From Kofleriaceae bacterium (GTDB taxonomy: Bacteria; Myxococcota_A; Polyangia; Haliangiales; Haliangiaceae): a stretch of DNA of 64,000 nucleotides. A program made the translations under genes and the position numbers. Below the pieces are notes generated by a model that did not search any database, had not been told where the DNA came from, and was given only the letters and a program-made list of their open reading frames with translations. Numbering within the stretch: position 1 is the stretch's first letter; each line of letters begins with the position of its first letter. The DNA is taken from the NCBI GenBank assembly GCA_046597055.1, contig JBKJLC010000202.1:21121-85120 (forward strand), in the 5' to 3' direction. Of this stretch, positions 38,943-47,419 are shown in pieces.

Positions 38943-40757
38943 ATGGGGACGATGCCCTTCGACAGACGTACGTCCACCGGCACGGGTGACACGGGTGGCG
39001 CGCGCTTCGAGGGCGGCGCCGGCAAGCGCACGCTGACCGAGCGTCTCCAGCCCCGCCTGCGGGTCGGCGCCTCCTCCGACGTCCACGAGCAGGCCGCCGA
39101 CAGCGCGGCCGAGCGGGTGACCAGCGTGCTCCACGGTGGCGAGGCGGCACCGGCGGCGCCGCTGGCGATCGGCTCGGTCGGGGCCGGCGAGGCCCAGGGC
39201 AAGGACGCCGATGCGGGCGAGGCGCCGGCCAGCGTTGAAGCCGCGACCAGCGGCGGCGGCGGCAACCCGCTCGACCCGACCACCCAGAGCCGGATGGAGG
39301 GCGCCTTCGGCGGCCACGACTTCTCGAGCGTGCGCGTGCACACCGACGGTGGCGCCGCCGCGTCGGCGGCCGACATCGGCGCCAGCGCCTACGCGGTCGG
39401 GCAAGACCTCTTCTTCGGCGATGGCGCGTACCAGCCCGGCAGCGCCGCGGGTGATGGCCTCCTCGCGCACGAGCTGACTCACACCGTCCAGCAGGGCCAC
39501 GGCGGCGCCGCCCAGCGCCGGGTGGTGCAGCGCGGTGGCCCCGGCGATCCGCCGGCGGTGGCCCCGGCCGGCCCGACCGCCACGCCCGGCGAGGACCCGG
39601 TCGACAACGAAGGCAACCACTACCGCACGGTCGGCGGCAAGACCCACATCACCGCGGCGCCGGTGCAGGCGGTGCCCGGCCACAGCGGCAAGTTCGAGGC
39701 GCTGCCGGCCAACCCGCTCGCGACGTTCAACGCGCTCATGGCCCAGGTCGAGGCGGCCAAGGTCACGCAGCTCGCGACCGCCGACGGCTTCGCCGGCGGG
39801 CGGGTGCCGCCGGCCGACTACAAGTACTGGTTCGCCAAGGTCTACTACTACGTCACCGAGCACGAGCTCGCCGCGATCCGCGCCGGCACCTACCAGTACC
39901 CGATGATGAAGGCGCAGGAGGTGATCTGGTTCAACAACGCCTACATGGCCAATGTCCACCGCTGGGCGTCGGGCGCGCAGGCCGAGTGCGAGCCGCACTG
40001 GCGGCAGGCGTTCACCAACGCCGAGAGCCAGGCGTCGACCGAGGTCGACACGCTCACGCCGCTGATCGGCCAGGGCGTCGGCGGTGGCGTCGGGCTCGCC
40101 GGCGGCGCCGCCGCCGGGGCCCTGATCGGCACGTTCGTGTTCCCCGGGATCGGGACCGCGCTTGGCGCCGGGCTCGGCGCGCTCGGCGGTGCCCTGACCG
40201 GCATGATGGCGGGCGCGCCGGCGGCCAACTCGCTGTCGGAGGGTGCGCGCCGGGTGATGGCGGCGCTGCTGCCGTCGATGCAGGCGCACATCCGCTTCGA
40301 TCTCCCGCGCGCGATCGCAGGCTGCTTCCAGTCGTACTACGCGGGCCTGCCCAGCATCGGGCTCGGCGACTTCCACCCCGACTTCGACGCGATGGGCCCG
40401 GTGTTCGATCAGGCGCAGACCAGCCTCAATCCCGAGATCGCCGCCGCCACCGGCGTGCCGGCCTCGGTGCTGACCCAGGCCGCGACCCACGCCTTCCCGG
40501 CCTACTTCGACGTCGCCGCCGAGCGCCAGACCACGTGGACGAAGTCGGCCGAGCTGGTCGCCGCGCACACGGCGGGCGCGACCAACCAGGCGTCCGAAGA
40601 TCGGATGCGCGCGGTCACCGGCGCCGGCTCGCCGGTCTCAGGCGCGAGCGCCTACCAGGTTGACGGGCATGACATCTCCGGGTTCGACTGGGGCATCAAC
40701 CCCGGCACCGCCCCGCCGCAGACCATGCCCACGCCCCCCGCGGGTGGAGGTAACTGA
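38943..40757 (+). CDS. DUF4157 (eCIS core) protein with C-terminal DUF5995-like domain containing a glycine zipper
   Basis: RMEGAFGGHDFSSVRVHTD..AYAVGQDLFF..LLAHELTHTVQQ. C-terminal FAKVYYYVTE..WRQAF..MQAHIRFDLPRAI. Confidence 0.85.
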   Translation: MGTMPFDRRTSTGTGDTGGARFEGGAGKRTLTERLQPRLRVGASSDVHEQAADSAAERVTSVLHGGEAAPAAPLAIGSVGAGEAQGKDADAGEAPASVEAATSGGGGNPLDPTTQSRMEGAFGGHDFSSVRVHTDGGAAASAADIGASAYAVGQDLFFGDGAYQPGSAAGDGLLAHELTHTVQQGHGGAAQRRVVQRGGPGDPPAVAPAGPTATPGEDPVDNEGNHYRTVGGKTHITAAPVQAVPGHSGKFEALPANPLATFNALMAQVEAAKVTQLATADGFAGGRVPPADYKYWFAKVYYYVTEHELAAIRAGTYQYPMMKAQEVIWFNNAYMANVHRWASGAQAECEPHWRQAFTNAESQASTEVDTLTPLIGQGVGGGVGLAGGAAAGALIGTFVFPGIGTALGAGLGALGGALTGMMAGAPAANSLSEGARRVMAALLPSMQAHIRFDLPRAIAGCFQSYYAGLPSIGLGDFHPDFDAMGPVFDQAQTSLNPEIAAATGVPASVLTQAATHAFPAYFDVAAERQTTWTKSAELVAAHTAGATNQASEDRMRAVTGAGSPVSGASAYQVDGHDISGFDWGINPGTAPPQTMPTPPAGGGN

Positions 40758-41254
40758 TGAACCCGACCACCGAGCCCCCCGCCGCGATCAAGCAGTTCGT
40801 CCTCGCCGGCGGTCAGATGGACGTCGACACCATGTTCGGCCTGGTCGACTGGCTCATGACCCACGCGCCCGACTGGGCGCGCAGCCTCGACAGCCCGGCG
40901 CTGCCGGCCGACCGCGCCGAGGCCCTGGCCGACGCGGGCATCAAGGAGCTCGAGCACGTCACGCTGCCGATGGTGCGCAATCGCCTGACCGAGATGACGC
41001 TGGCGCTCGGGGCCGGCGGTCAGGTCCGGCCCGCCACCGACGACGAGCGCGCCAAGGTGCTGGCCGCGGTCCAGGTGCCGGCGGTCAGCCGCGCGTTCCC
41101 GACCCGGGTCACCAATCGCCTCGAGGTCTGGCGCGGCCGCGCCCAGCAGGCGTCGGGGCCGTGGTGCGCGACCGCCGACGGCAAGACGTTCTGGCTGGTG
41201 CTGAACCCCGACCAGGATCGCGTGATCCTCGTGAAGTCCGGGGCGGTCCGATGA
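40757..41254 (+). CDS. Hypothetical protein translationally coupled to the DUF4157 gene (candidate immunity/chaperone)
   Basis: TGATG stop/start overlap and GGAGG RBS. 165 aa, no signal peptide. Confidence 0.7.
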   Translation: MNPTTEPPAAIKQFVLAGGQMDVDTMFGLVDWLMTHAPDWARSLDSPALPADRAEALADAGIKELEHVTLPMVRNRLTEMTLALGAGGQVRPATDDERAKVLAAVQVPAVSRAFPTRVTNRLEVWRGRAQQASGPWCATADGKTFWLVLNPDQDRVILVKSGAVR

Positions 41255-41273
41255 CACCCGGGGAGGAGCGCTC

Positions 41274-42851
41274 ATGAGCAACCGCGAAGGCCGATCGGAG
41301 CCCGGGTCCACCACCGGCGAGGCCGCGAGCAGCGGCGGCGGCGCGCCCGGCAAGCGAACCCTCACCCAGTCGGTCCAGCGCAAGGCCGGTGGCGCTCCGG
41401 CCGCCGCCGGTCCTGCCGGTGGCGAGGCCGCGAGTGGCGCGGCCGGGCCCGGCCCCGACGTGGCCGCGGCCAAGGCGGCCGCGATCGTCGAGCGCGCGAT
41501 GGCGCGCAAGCGCGCGCAGCAGGGCGGCGCCGATCCGGCGGCCGCCGCCGGCGAGGCCCCGGCCGGCGAGGGGGCCAGCGGCGACAGCGCCGCCTCGGGT
41601 GGGCCGGTCCAGATGGACGGGGACGGCGCGCGCGCGGACCCCGACACCATCCACGCCGCCGCGGCCGATGGCGTCGGCGGCGCCGCCGGTCGCCTGCCGT
41701 TCGCCGACGCGATCCAGCAGTCGTTCGGCGGCCACGACGTGTCGGGCGTACGCGCGCACGTGGGCGGCGCCGCCGCCGAGGCCTGCGCGACCATGGGCGC
41801 GTCGGCGTACGCGAGCGGCAGCGACGTCGCGTTCGCGTCGAGCCCCGATCTCCACACCGCGGCCCACGAGGCCGCCCACGTCGTGCAGCAGCGCGGCGGC
41901 GTCCACCTCTACGGCGGCGTCGGTGAGACCGGCGACGTCTACGAGCGCAACGCCGATGCAGTCGCCGACCGCGTGGTCGCCGGCGCCTCGGCCGACGACC
42001 TGCTCACGCCGTTCGCGGGCGGCGCCAGCACCCCGGCGGTGCAGCGCAGCGCGGTGCCCGCCGCCAGCGCGACCCCCATGGAAGGCCCCGGCGCCACCGG
42101 CGGCGGCGCGACCACGGCCGCGGCGGGCGGCACCGGCACCAGCCACTACGTCGTCGAGCTGAAGGCGTGGATCCCGCACGACAAGGTGGTCGACCCCGAG
42201 GAGCCGGCCCGCGCCAGCGACTGGCTCGACTCGATCAGCGGCGTCGTCGACAGCGTGCTCGACTCGATGCCGTTCTCGGCGGTCGGCCCGCGGCTCAAGT
42301 ACGACTTCCACTCGTACTACCGGGGCGACAACCACGCCGGCTACGACGGCGGGCACCGCGTGATCTCGAAGGCGGAGTTCGACTTCGACGGCACCACCGT
42401 CAGCAGCTTCAAGCACACCGGCAACGCCCACGCGAGCCACCGCGACTACGACTACCGGGCGTGGATCGAGTTCCTCTACGGCCTGGCGTCGATCGAGGTC
42501 ACCAGCGGCGCGGGCTCCGAGAGCGCCACTGCCGGCGGCAGCTGGTCGGGCGCGACCGCGGGCCCCAACAGCTTCGACCTCGGGTTCGCCAGCGCCAACC
42601 CGCTGGTGATGACGTGGGCGCCCGACATCGACTCCACCGGCCACGGCACCCTCGGCAGCGGCCTGACCTTCAGCTACAACACCGACCTGTTCCCGAGCCA
42701 CGGCGTCCGCGTCTACAAGAACGGCAGCGCGGTCGAGACGAAGGTGGTCAACGACGCATCCGGCGTCAACGGGCTGGGCCCGATCGGCGCTGCGCTGATC
42801 GGCCACCGGCTCACGTCTCAGACCAACGCTGGCTCGATCACGGTGCCGTGA
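41274..42851 (+). CDS. DUF4157 (eCIS core) protein with C-terminal DUF3238-like domain
   Basis: [41 protein letters not shown]-terminal KAWIP, YRGDN, SANPL..APDID, DLFPSH. Confidence 0.85.
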   Translation: MSNREGRSEPGSTTGEAASSGGGAPGKRTLTQSVQRKAGGAPAAAGPAGGEAASGAAGPGPDVAAAKAAAIVERAMARKRAQQGGADPAAAAGEAPAGEGASGDSAASGGPVQMDGDGARADPDTIHAAAADGVGGAAGRLPFADAIQQSFGGHDVSGVRAHVGGAAAEACATMGASAYASGSDVAFASSPDLHTAAHEAAHVVQQRGGVHLYGGVGETGDVYERNADAVADRVVAGASADDLLTPFAGGASTPAVQRSAVPAASATPMEGPGATGGGATTAAAGGTGTSHYVVELKAWIPHDKVVDPEEPARASDWLDSISGVVDSVLDSMPFSAVGPRLKYDFHSYYRGDNHAGYDGGHRVISKAEFDFDGTTVSSFKHTGNAHASHRDYDYRAWIEFLYGLASIEVTSGAGSESATAGGSWSGATAGPNSFDLGFASANPLVMTWAPDIDSTGHGTLGSGLTFSYNTDLFPSHGVRVYKNGSAVETKVVNDASGVNGLGPIGAALIGHRLTSQTNAGSITVP

Positions 42852-43302
42852 CCGACCAGTCGGGCGGCTCGCCGGCCGGCCCGCGCCCGACGTGAAAGCC
42901 CTCGAACCGGCGGGAGGTCCCGCTGGCGCCACCGGCCACGCCCGCGTGCCAGCAGCACACCACCGGGCTGGCGAAGCGCCGGGTGGCGGCGTCGGGGCCG
43001 GTGCCGCGGTCGCGCGAGGCGTCGACCAGCGGTGTCCGGTTTCCGGACGCATCGACCGCGAGGTAGCGCTGGTGGAGGATGCCGGCCTCGGCGCGGCTCG
43101 AGGTGGCCAGGTACCCGCTGGCCGGGATGCGGATCACGCGCTCGGCGCCGACCACCGGCAACGGTGGCGAGGACCGGACCTCGAGCTCGACGACGACCCA
43201 GCCCTCGAAGCCGGCCGGGAGCTCGTAGACCACCGGCGTGGTGTGGTCGCGGCGATCGCAGCCCGCGGTCGTCACCAGCGCCGCGAGCAGCGCCGCCTTC
43301 AT
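42838..43302 (-). CDS. Small lipoprotein (DUF6843-like)
   Basis: Lipobox [29 protein letters not shown]. Confidence 0.65.
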   Translation of the reverse strand: MKAALLAALVTTAGCDRRDHTTPVVYELPAGFEGWVVVELEVRSSPPLPVVGAERVIRIPASGYLATSSRAEAGILHQRYLAVDASGNRTPLVDASRDRGTGPDAATRRFASPVVCCWHAGVAGGASGTSRRFEGFHVGRGPAGEPPDWSVTAP

Positions 43303-44006
43303 GCCCGGTCAGCCCCGGCCGGGAAGTGACGGTCGAGGAGCAGGTCCAGCTCGCCCGGGACCAGCGCGAACCAGCCGGTGACCTCGGCCGGCGAGAACCG
43401 CCGGGTCAGGCTGTCCTCGATCAGCGTGTTGAGGTCTTGCTCGACGTGGACCGCCCGCATCAGCGACGGATCGGGCCCGGGCGCGGTGCGGCTGCGGGTC
43501 CACGCGTTGACGACGTACTGGTCGCCGAGCGGATAACGATGGTGGAGCGCGATCTCGAACATCTGCGGCGGATCCATCGTCCAGCGCGGCTGGCAGTAGT
43601 GCGCAGCCAGGTACGCGCCCGGCGTGTCGTGCGCGGCCAGGCGCGTGATCACCGCGGCCAGGCGGGCCACCCGCTTGTGCGCGACCTGCATGAGCTCGAC
43701 CAGCAGCTCGGCCGCGGCCGGATAGAACGCGTGCGGCAGCGGGGTGGCGGCAGCCGCATCGGCCAGCACCCAGTACACATCGGCGCGGGTCGCGGTCACC
43801 TCGGCGCGCCACGCCCGCGCCTGGTCGGACAGGATGAACCGCGGCGCACCGCCGTCGCCGGGCGCGACCACCGGGTCGGCATCGAACCGCGCCAGCCAGC
43901 CCGGCAGCTGCCGCATGACGCGGCCGAAGCCGGCGTCGTGATCGGGCGTGAACACCGTCGCCTGGCACACCGTGACGGTGAACGCGCCGGCGGCGAGGGC
44001 GGTCAT
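43299..44006 (-). CDS. Hypothetical protein (weak resemblance to TIGR04255-like fold)
   Basis: Coding-like ORF with ATGA overlap to the next gene. Motifs RVARLAAV and VEQDLNT. Confidence 0.6.
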   Translation of the reverse strand: MTALAAGAFTVTVCQATVFTPDHDAGFGRVMRQLPGWLARFDADPVVAPGDGGAPRFILSDQARAWRAEVTATRADVYWVLADAAAATPLPHAFYPAAAELLVELMQVAHKRVARLAAVITRLAAHDTPGAYLAAHYCQPRWTMDPPQMFEIALHHRYPLGDQYVVNAWTRSRTAPGPDPSLMRAVHVEQDLNTLIEDSLTRRFSPAEVTGWFALVPGELDLLLDRHFPAGADRA

Positions 44007-44101
44007 CGGGTCCTCGCGATGGCCATGGCTCATCATTCCACACTCGCTCGAGCGCCGCTGCTGACCGGACCCGCGCGCTGGCGCCAGGGCCGCCGCCCGG
44101 C

Positions 44102-45064
44102 TCAGTGGGTCGGCAGGCCCGGGTTCGCGACGGTGACCTGGTAGACCCCGGTCCGGGCGGTGACCAGCAGCGTGCGCCCGTCGACGCCGCCGAAGGCGCA
44201 GTTCGACGGCTGCTGCGGGATCGCGATCACGCCCCAGCGGTGGCCGTCGGCCCGGTACACCTCGACGCCCTGCGAGGTGGCCACGAACAGGTTGCCGTCG
44301 ACATCGACCGCCATGCCATCGGGCGTGCTGGCCGGCGTCACGAACGTCCGGGCCTCGGACAGCGCGCCGCCCGCGGCGACCGTGAACGCCCGCACCAGCG
44401 CGGCCTCGGAGTCGCCGACGTAGAGCGTGCGCTGGTCGGGCGCGAGCGCGAGGCCGTTGGGCCGCTCGGTGAGCGCGCCGCGGCGCTCGGCGGTGACCGC
44501 GCCGCCGGGCGCGACCCGGAAGACGCCCATGAAGTCGAGCTCGGCCGGGGCACCCTCGAGCCCGTAGGGCGGGTCGGTGAAGTAGATCGTCCCGTCGCTG
44601 CGCACGACCGCGTCGTTGGGCGAGTTGAACCGCCGGGTCTCGAAGCGCTCGACGACGGTGGTCGGATCGGGGCCGTTGCCGCGCGAGATCCGTCGGGTGC
44701 CGTGCTCGCACGCGATCAGCTGACCCTGCGGGTCGACCGCGAGCCCGTTGGCGTTGCCGCTGGGCTGGCGGAACGACGCCGGCGCGGCCCCGCCCGGGGT
44801 CCACCGGTAGATCCGGTTGGCCGGGATGTCGCTGAACACGAACTCGCCCGCGCCCGCGCGCCACTGCGGGCCCTCGGTGAACATGTAGCCGGTCATCACC
44901 GGCGTCACCGTGCCGATGCCGACCAGCGGATCGCCGCGTGCGGCGTCGAGGCCGCCGCCGTCGTTCGCGCCGCCGTCGTTGGCCCCGCCGTCGACCGGAT
45001 CGACCGCGTCGTCACCACCACCGCAGGCGCCGAGGATCACGAGGGCGAGGACGGCGCGGCTCAT
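44102..45064 (-). CDS. SMP-30/gluconolactonase family lipoprotein
   Basis: Lipobox LGAC, FTEGPQW, FSDIP, NSPND, IYFTDPPYG, PNGLAL, PDGMAVD, SNCAFGG. Confidence 0.95.
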   Translation of the reverse strand: MSRAVLALVILGACGGGDDAVDPVDGGANDGGANDGGGLDAARGDPLVGIGTVTPVMTGYMFTEGPQWRAGAGEFVFSDIPANRIYRWTPGGAAPASFRQPSGNANGLAVDPQGQLIACEHGTRRISRGNGPDPTTVVERFETRRFNSPNDAVVRSDGTIYFTDPPYGLEGAPAELDFMGVFRVAPGGAVTAERRGALTERPNGLALAPDQRTLYVGDSEAALVRAFTVAAGGALSEARTFVTPASTPDGMAVDVDGNLFVATSQGVEVYRADGHRWGVIAIPQQPSNCAFGGVDGRTLLVTARTGVYQVTVANPGLPTH

Positions 45065-45113
45065 GACACCGATGATACGCCAGGGCGCTTCGCGGCGGCC
45101 CACGCTCGCGAGC

Positions 45114-45416
45114 TCACGCCTCGTCGACGGCGAAGCTCCAGGTCTTCACCACCACCGCGCGGGCGGCGAGATCTTCGAACACCGCCTGCCAGGCGTCGCT
45201 CGCCATCGCCGCCGCCAGCTCCGGCAGCGAGCCGAACCGCGCGACCAGGGACAGGTCCCAGCGCGCCGCGCTGTCGTCGGCAGGGCTGCCCAGGGTGAGG
45301 CGAACCAGGCCGGGCGCGCCGGCGAGCCCGGCGCGGATCGCCGCCAGCGCGGTGGCGCGGCCGTCGGGCGTCGCCTGCTCGGCTACCAGGCGCACGAAGC
45401 AGTAGCGATCGATCAT
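45114..45416 (-). CDS. Dabb (stress-responsive alpha/beta barrel) family protein
   Basis: MIDRYCFVRL..PGLVRLTLG..WDLSLVARFGS. Confidence 0.7.
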   Translation of the reverse strand: MIDRYCFVRLVAEQATPDGRATALAAIRAGLAGAPGLVRLTLGSPADDSAARWDLSLVARFGSLPELAAAMASDAWQAVFEDLAARAVVVKTWSFAVDEA

Positions 45417-46333
45417 GGGGCTTCCGGAGGCGCCGGCTCGGCGCGCAGCGCGGCCAGCCACGGCGCGAGGTCGTCGGGGATCGGGCTCACCCAGCGCACG
45501 GGCTCGCCGGTCGCCGGGTGCTTGAAGCCGAGCACGGCCGCGTGCAGCGCCAGCCGGGGCGGCGCCGGGTCGAAGCGGCGCGCCTCCTCGCCGCCGTGCT
45601 GGCCGTCGCCGAGCACGGGATGGCCGGCCTCGGTGAGGTGGATGCGGATCTGGTGGCTGCGCCCGGTCTCGAGCCGCACGGTGAGGATGGTGGCGCGACC
45701 GCCGGCGACCCGCTCGCGCCCGACGACATGGGTCACCGCGCGGCGTCCGGCGATCGGACGTTCGAACAGGGTCAGCGTCGATGGCACCGAGCCAGCCACC
45801 ACGGTGAGGTACTCGCGCTCGACGTCGTGGGCCGCGAACCGCTCGGCCAGCACGCGGTTGGCGAGGTCGGTGCGGGCGAACACGAGCAGGCCGCTGGTCG
45901 GCAGATCGATGCGGTGGACCAGGAACACCGGGCCCGCGTCGGGCCGACGCGCCAGCATGTCGAGCAGATTGCCGCGATCGCTCTCGGGCGTCGGCGCGGT
46001 GACCAGCCCGGCCGGCTTGTCGGCGATGATCAGGTGCTCGTCCTCGTGGACGATCCGGTAGGCCGGCAGCGCGGCGTCGGAGCGGGCCCGCGCCTCCTTG
46101 CCGGTGCCGCCGGCGCGATCGAGCGCCCCGCCGACGTTGGCCTCGACCACCTGGCCCGGGCGCAGCGTGCGGCCGGCGGCCTTGACCCGGGCCTTGTCGA
46201 CGAACACGCCGCCGATGTCGATCAGCACCCGCGCGCGACGGCGCGACAGGCCCGGCACGTGGCGGGCCAGGATCTGATCGAGGCGCATGCCCGCGTCGGC
46301 ATCGGCAACGGCGAAGCGGACGGAGTGGGCCAC
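45413..46333 (-). CDS. RluA-family pseudouridine synthase with S4 domain (RluD-like)
   Basis: RLDQIL..SR, DKPAGLVT, VHRIDLPTSGL, LETGRSHQIRIHL, GHPVLGD, ALHA. Confidence 0.95.
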   Translation of the reverse strand: MAHSVRFAVADADAGMRLDQILARHVPGLSRRRARVLIDIGGVFVDKARVKAAGRTLRPGQVVEANVGGALDRAGGTGKEARARSDAALPAYRIVHEDEHLIIADKPAGLVTAPTPESDRGNLLDMLARRPDAGPVFLVHRIDLPTSGLLVFARTDLANRVLAERFAAHDVEREYLTVVAGSVPSTLTLFERPIAGRRAVTHVVGRERVAGGRATILTVRLETGRSHQIRIHLTEAGHPVLGDGQHGGEEARRFDPAPPRLALHAAVLGFKHPATGEPVRWVSPIPDDLAPWLAALRAEPAPPEAP

Positions 46334-46462
46334 GGGCGCATGATGGAGGCGAGCGCCAGATCCGTCAACGCGCCAGCCCGGGCCCGTGGTCACCACCTGG
46401 ATGGCACGCCGGCTTTCGACCCGCGACTGGCGCTTCGTCGATCGCCAGGACCGCGCGGCGGG

Positions 46463-47362
46463 TCAGTTGATGCGCGCGCCGACCAGGTCGCGGATCGCGT
46501 CGGCGATCGGGCCCGGGACCTCCTCCTGGAGGAAGTGACCGGCGGCGGTGCGGACCACGCGCGCATCGGGGAGCTGCCGCTCCAGGAACGACAGCACGCG
46601 GCCGAGGACCGGGTCGCGGGTGCCCCACACCAGCGACACCGGGCCCTGGTACCCGGTCACCAGCGCCTGACAGCGCTCGAGCAGCGGGATCGAGGGATGG
46701 TCGGCCCCGTCGGGGACCATCCGCGCCAGCGCCAGCGGCGCCGCGCGGTCGCGCACGTGCCGCAGCGGCCACAGGTACCCGAGGGTGGCCTTGCCGAGCA
46801 GGCTAGTCTTGTCGCCCTGCACCAGCGCCATGCCCGCCTGCGGGGCGCCGACCAGCCGGAACAGCAGGTCGCTCACGACCGGCAGCTGCGCGAGGCGATG
46901 AAACGCCGACGGCTTGAATCCCGGGCGCGGCGGGCCGATGACCGTGTTCAGGAGCACGATGCCGCGCACCCGCGCCATCCGCTCGGCCAGCGCGAGCAGG
47001 CCGATGGGACCGCCCCAGTCCTGTCCGACGAAGTAGACGTCGTCGGGTGCGATCTCGTCGAGGCAGCGCGCGACCCAGGTCCGGTGCGCGGCCAGCGAGT
47101 GCGCGGCGACATCGCGCGGCTTGTCGGACAGGCCGAGGCCGATCAGGTCGGGCACCACCAGGCGCAGGCCATCGCTGGCGAGCCCGGCGACCACCTTGCG
47201 CCACAGGAAGCCCCACGACGGGTTGCCGTGCAGCAGCACGACGGTCGGGCCGCGGCCCCACTCGGCGACGTGCATGCGGACCCCGCCGACATCGACCAGG
47301 CGCCGGCGCATGCCGGGCGGGAACATCGCCTCGAGCCAGGCCGGCATCGCAGGGGCATCCAT
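46463..47362 (-). CDS. Alpha/beta hydrolase, haloalkane dehalogenase-like
   Basis: LLHGNPSW, PDLIGLGLSDKP, nucleophile GQDWGG, AGHFLQEE. Confidence 0.9.
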   Translation of the reverse strand: MDAPAMPAWLEAMFPPGMRRRLVDVGGVRMHVAEWGRGPTVVLLHGNPSWGFLWRKVVAGLASDGLRLVVPDLIGLGLSDKPRDVAAHSLAAHRTWVARCLDEIAPDDVYFVGQDWGGPIGLLALAERMARVRGIVLLNTVIGPPRPGFKPSAFHRLAQLPVVSDLLFRLVGAPQAGMALVQGDKTSLLGKATLGYLWPLRHVRDRAAPLALARMVPDGADHPSIPLLERCQALVTGYQGPVSLVWGTRDPVLGRVLSFLERQLPDARVVRTAAGHFLQEEVPGPIADAIRDLVGARIN

Positions 47363-47419
47363 GGGCGGTGACGTTAGCACCACCGCCGACGCTGCCTCGG
47401 TACGCGGCAACGCGGTACC

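Noticed and set aside
46402..46418. Sigma-54 promoter (TGGCACG)
   Set aside because: It lacks the TTGC -12 element at the required spacing.
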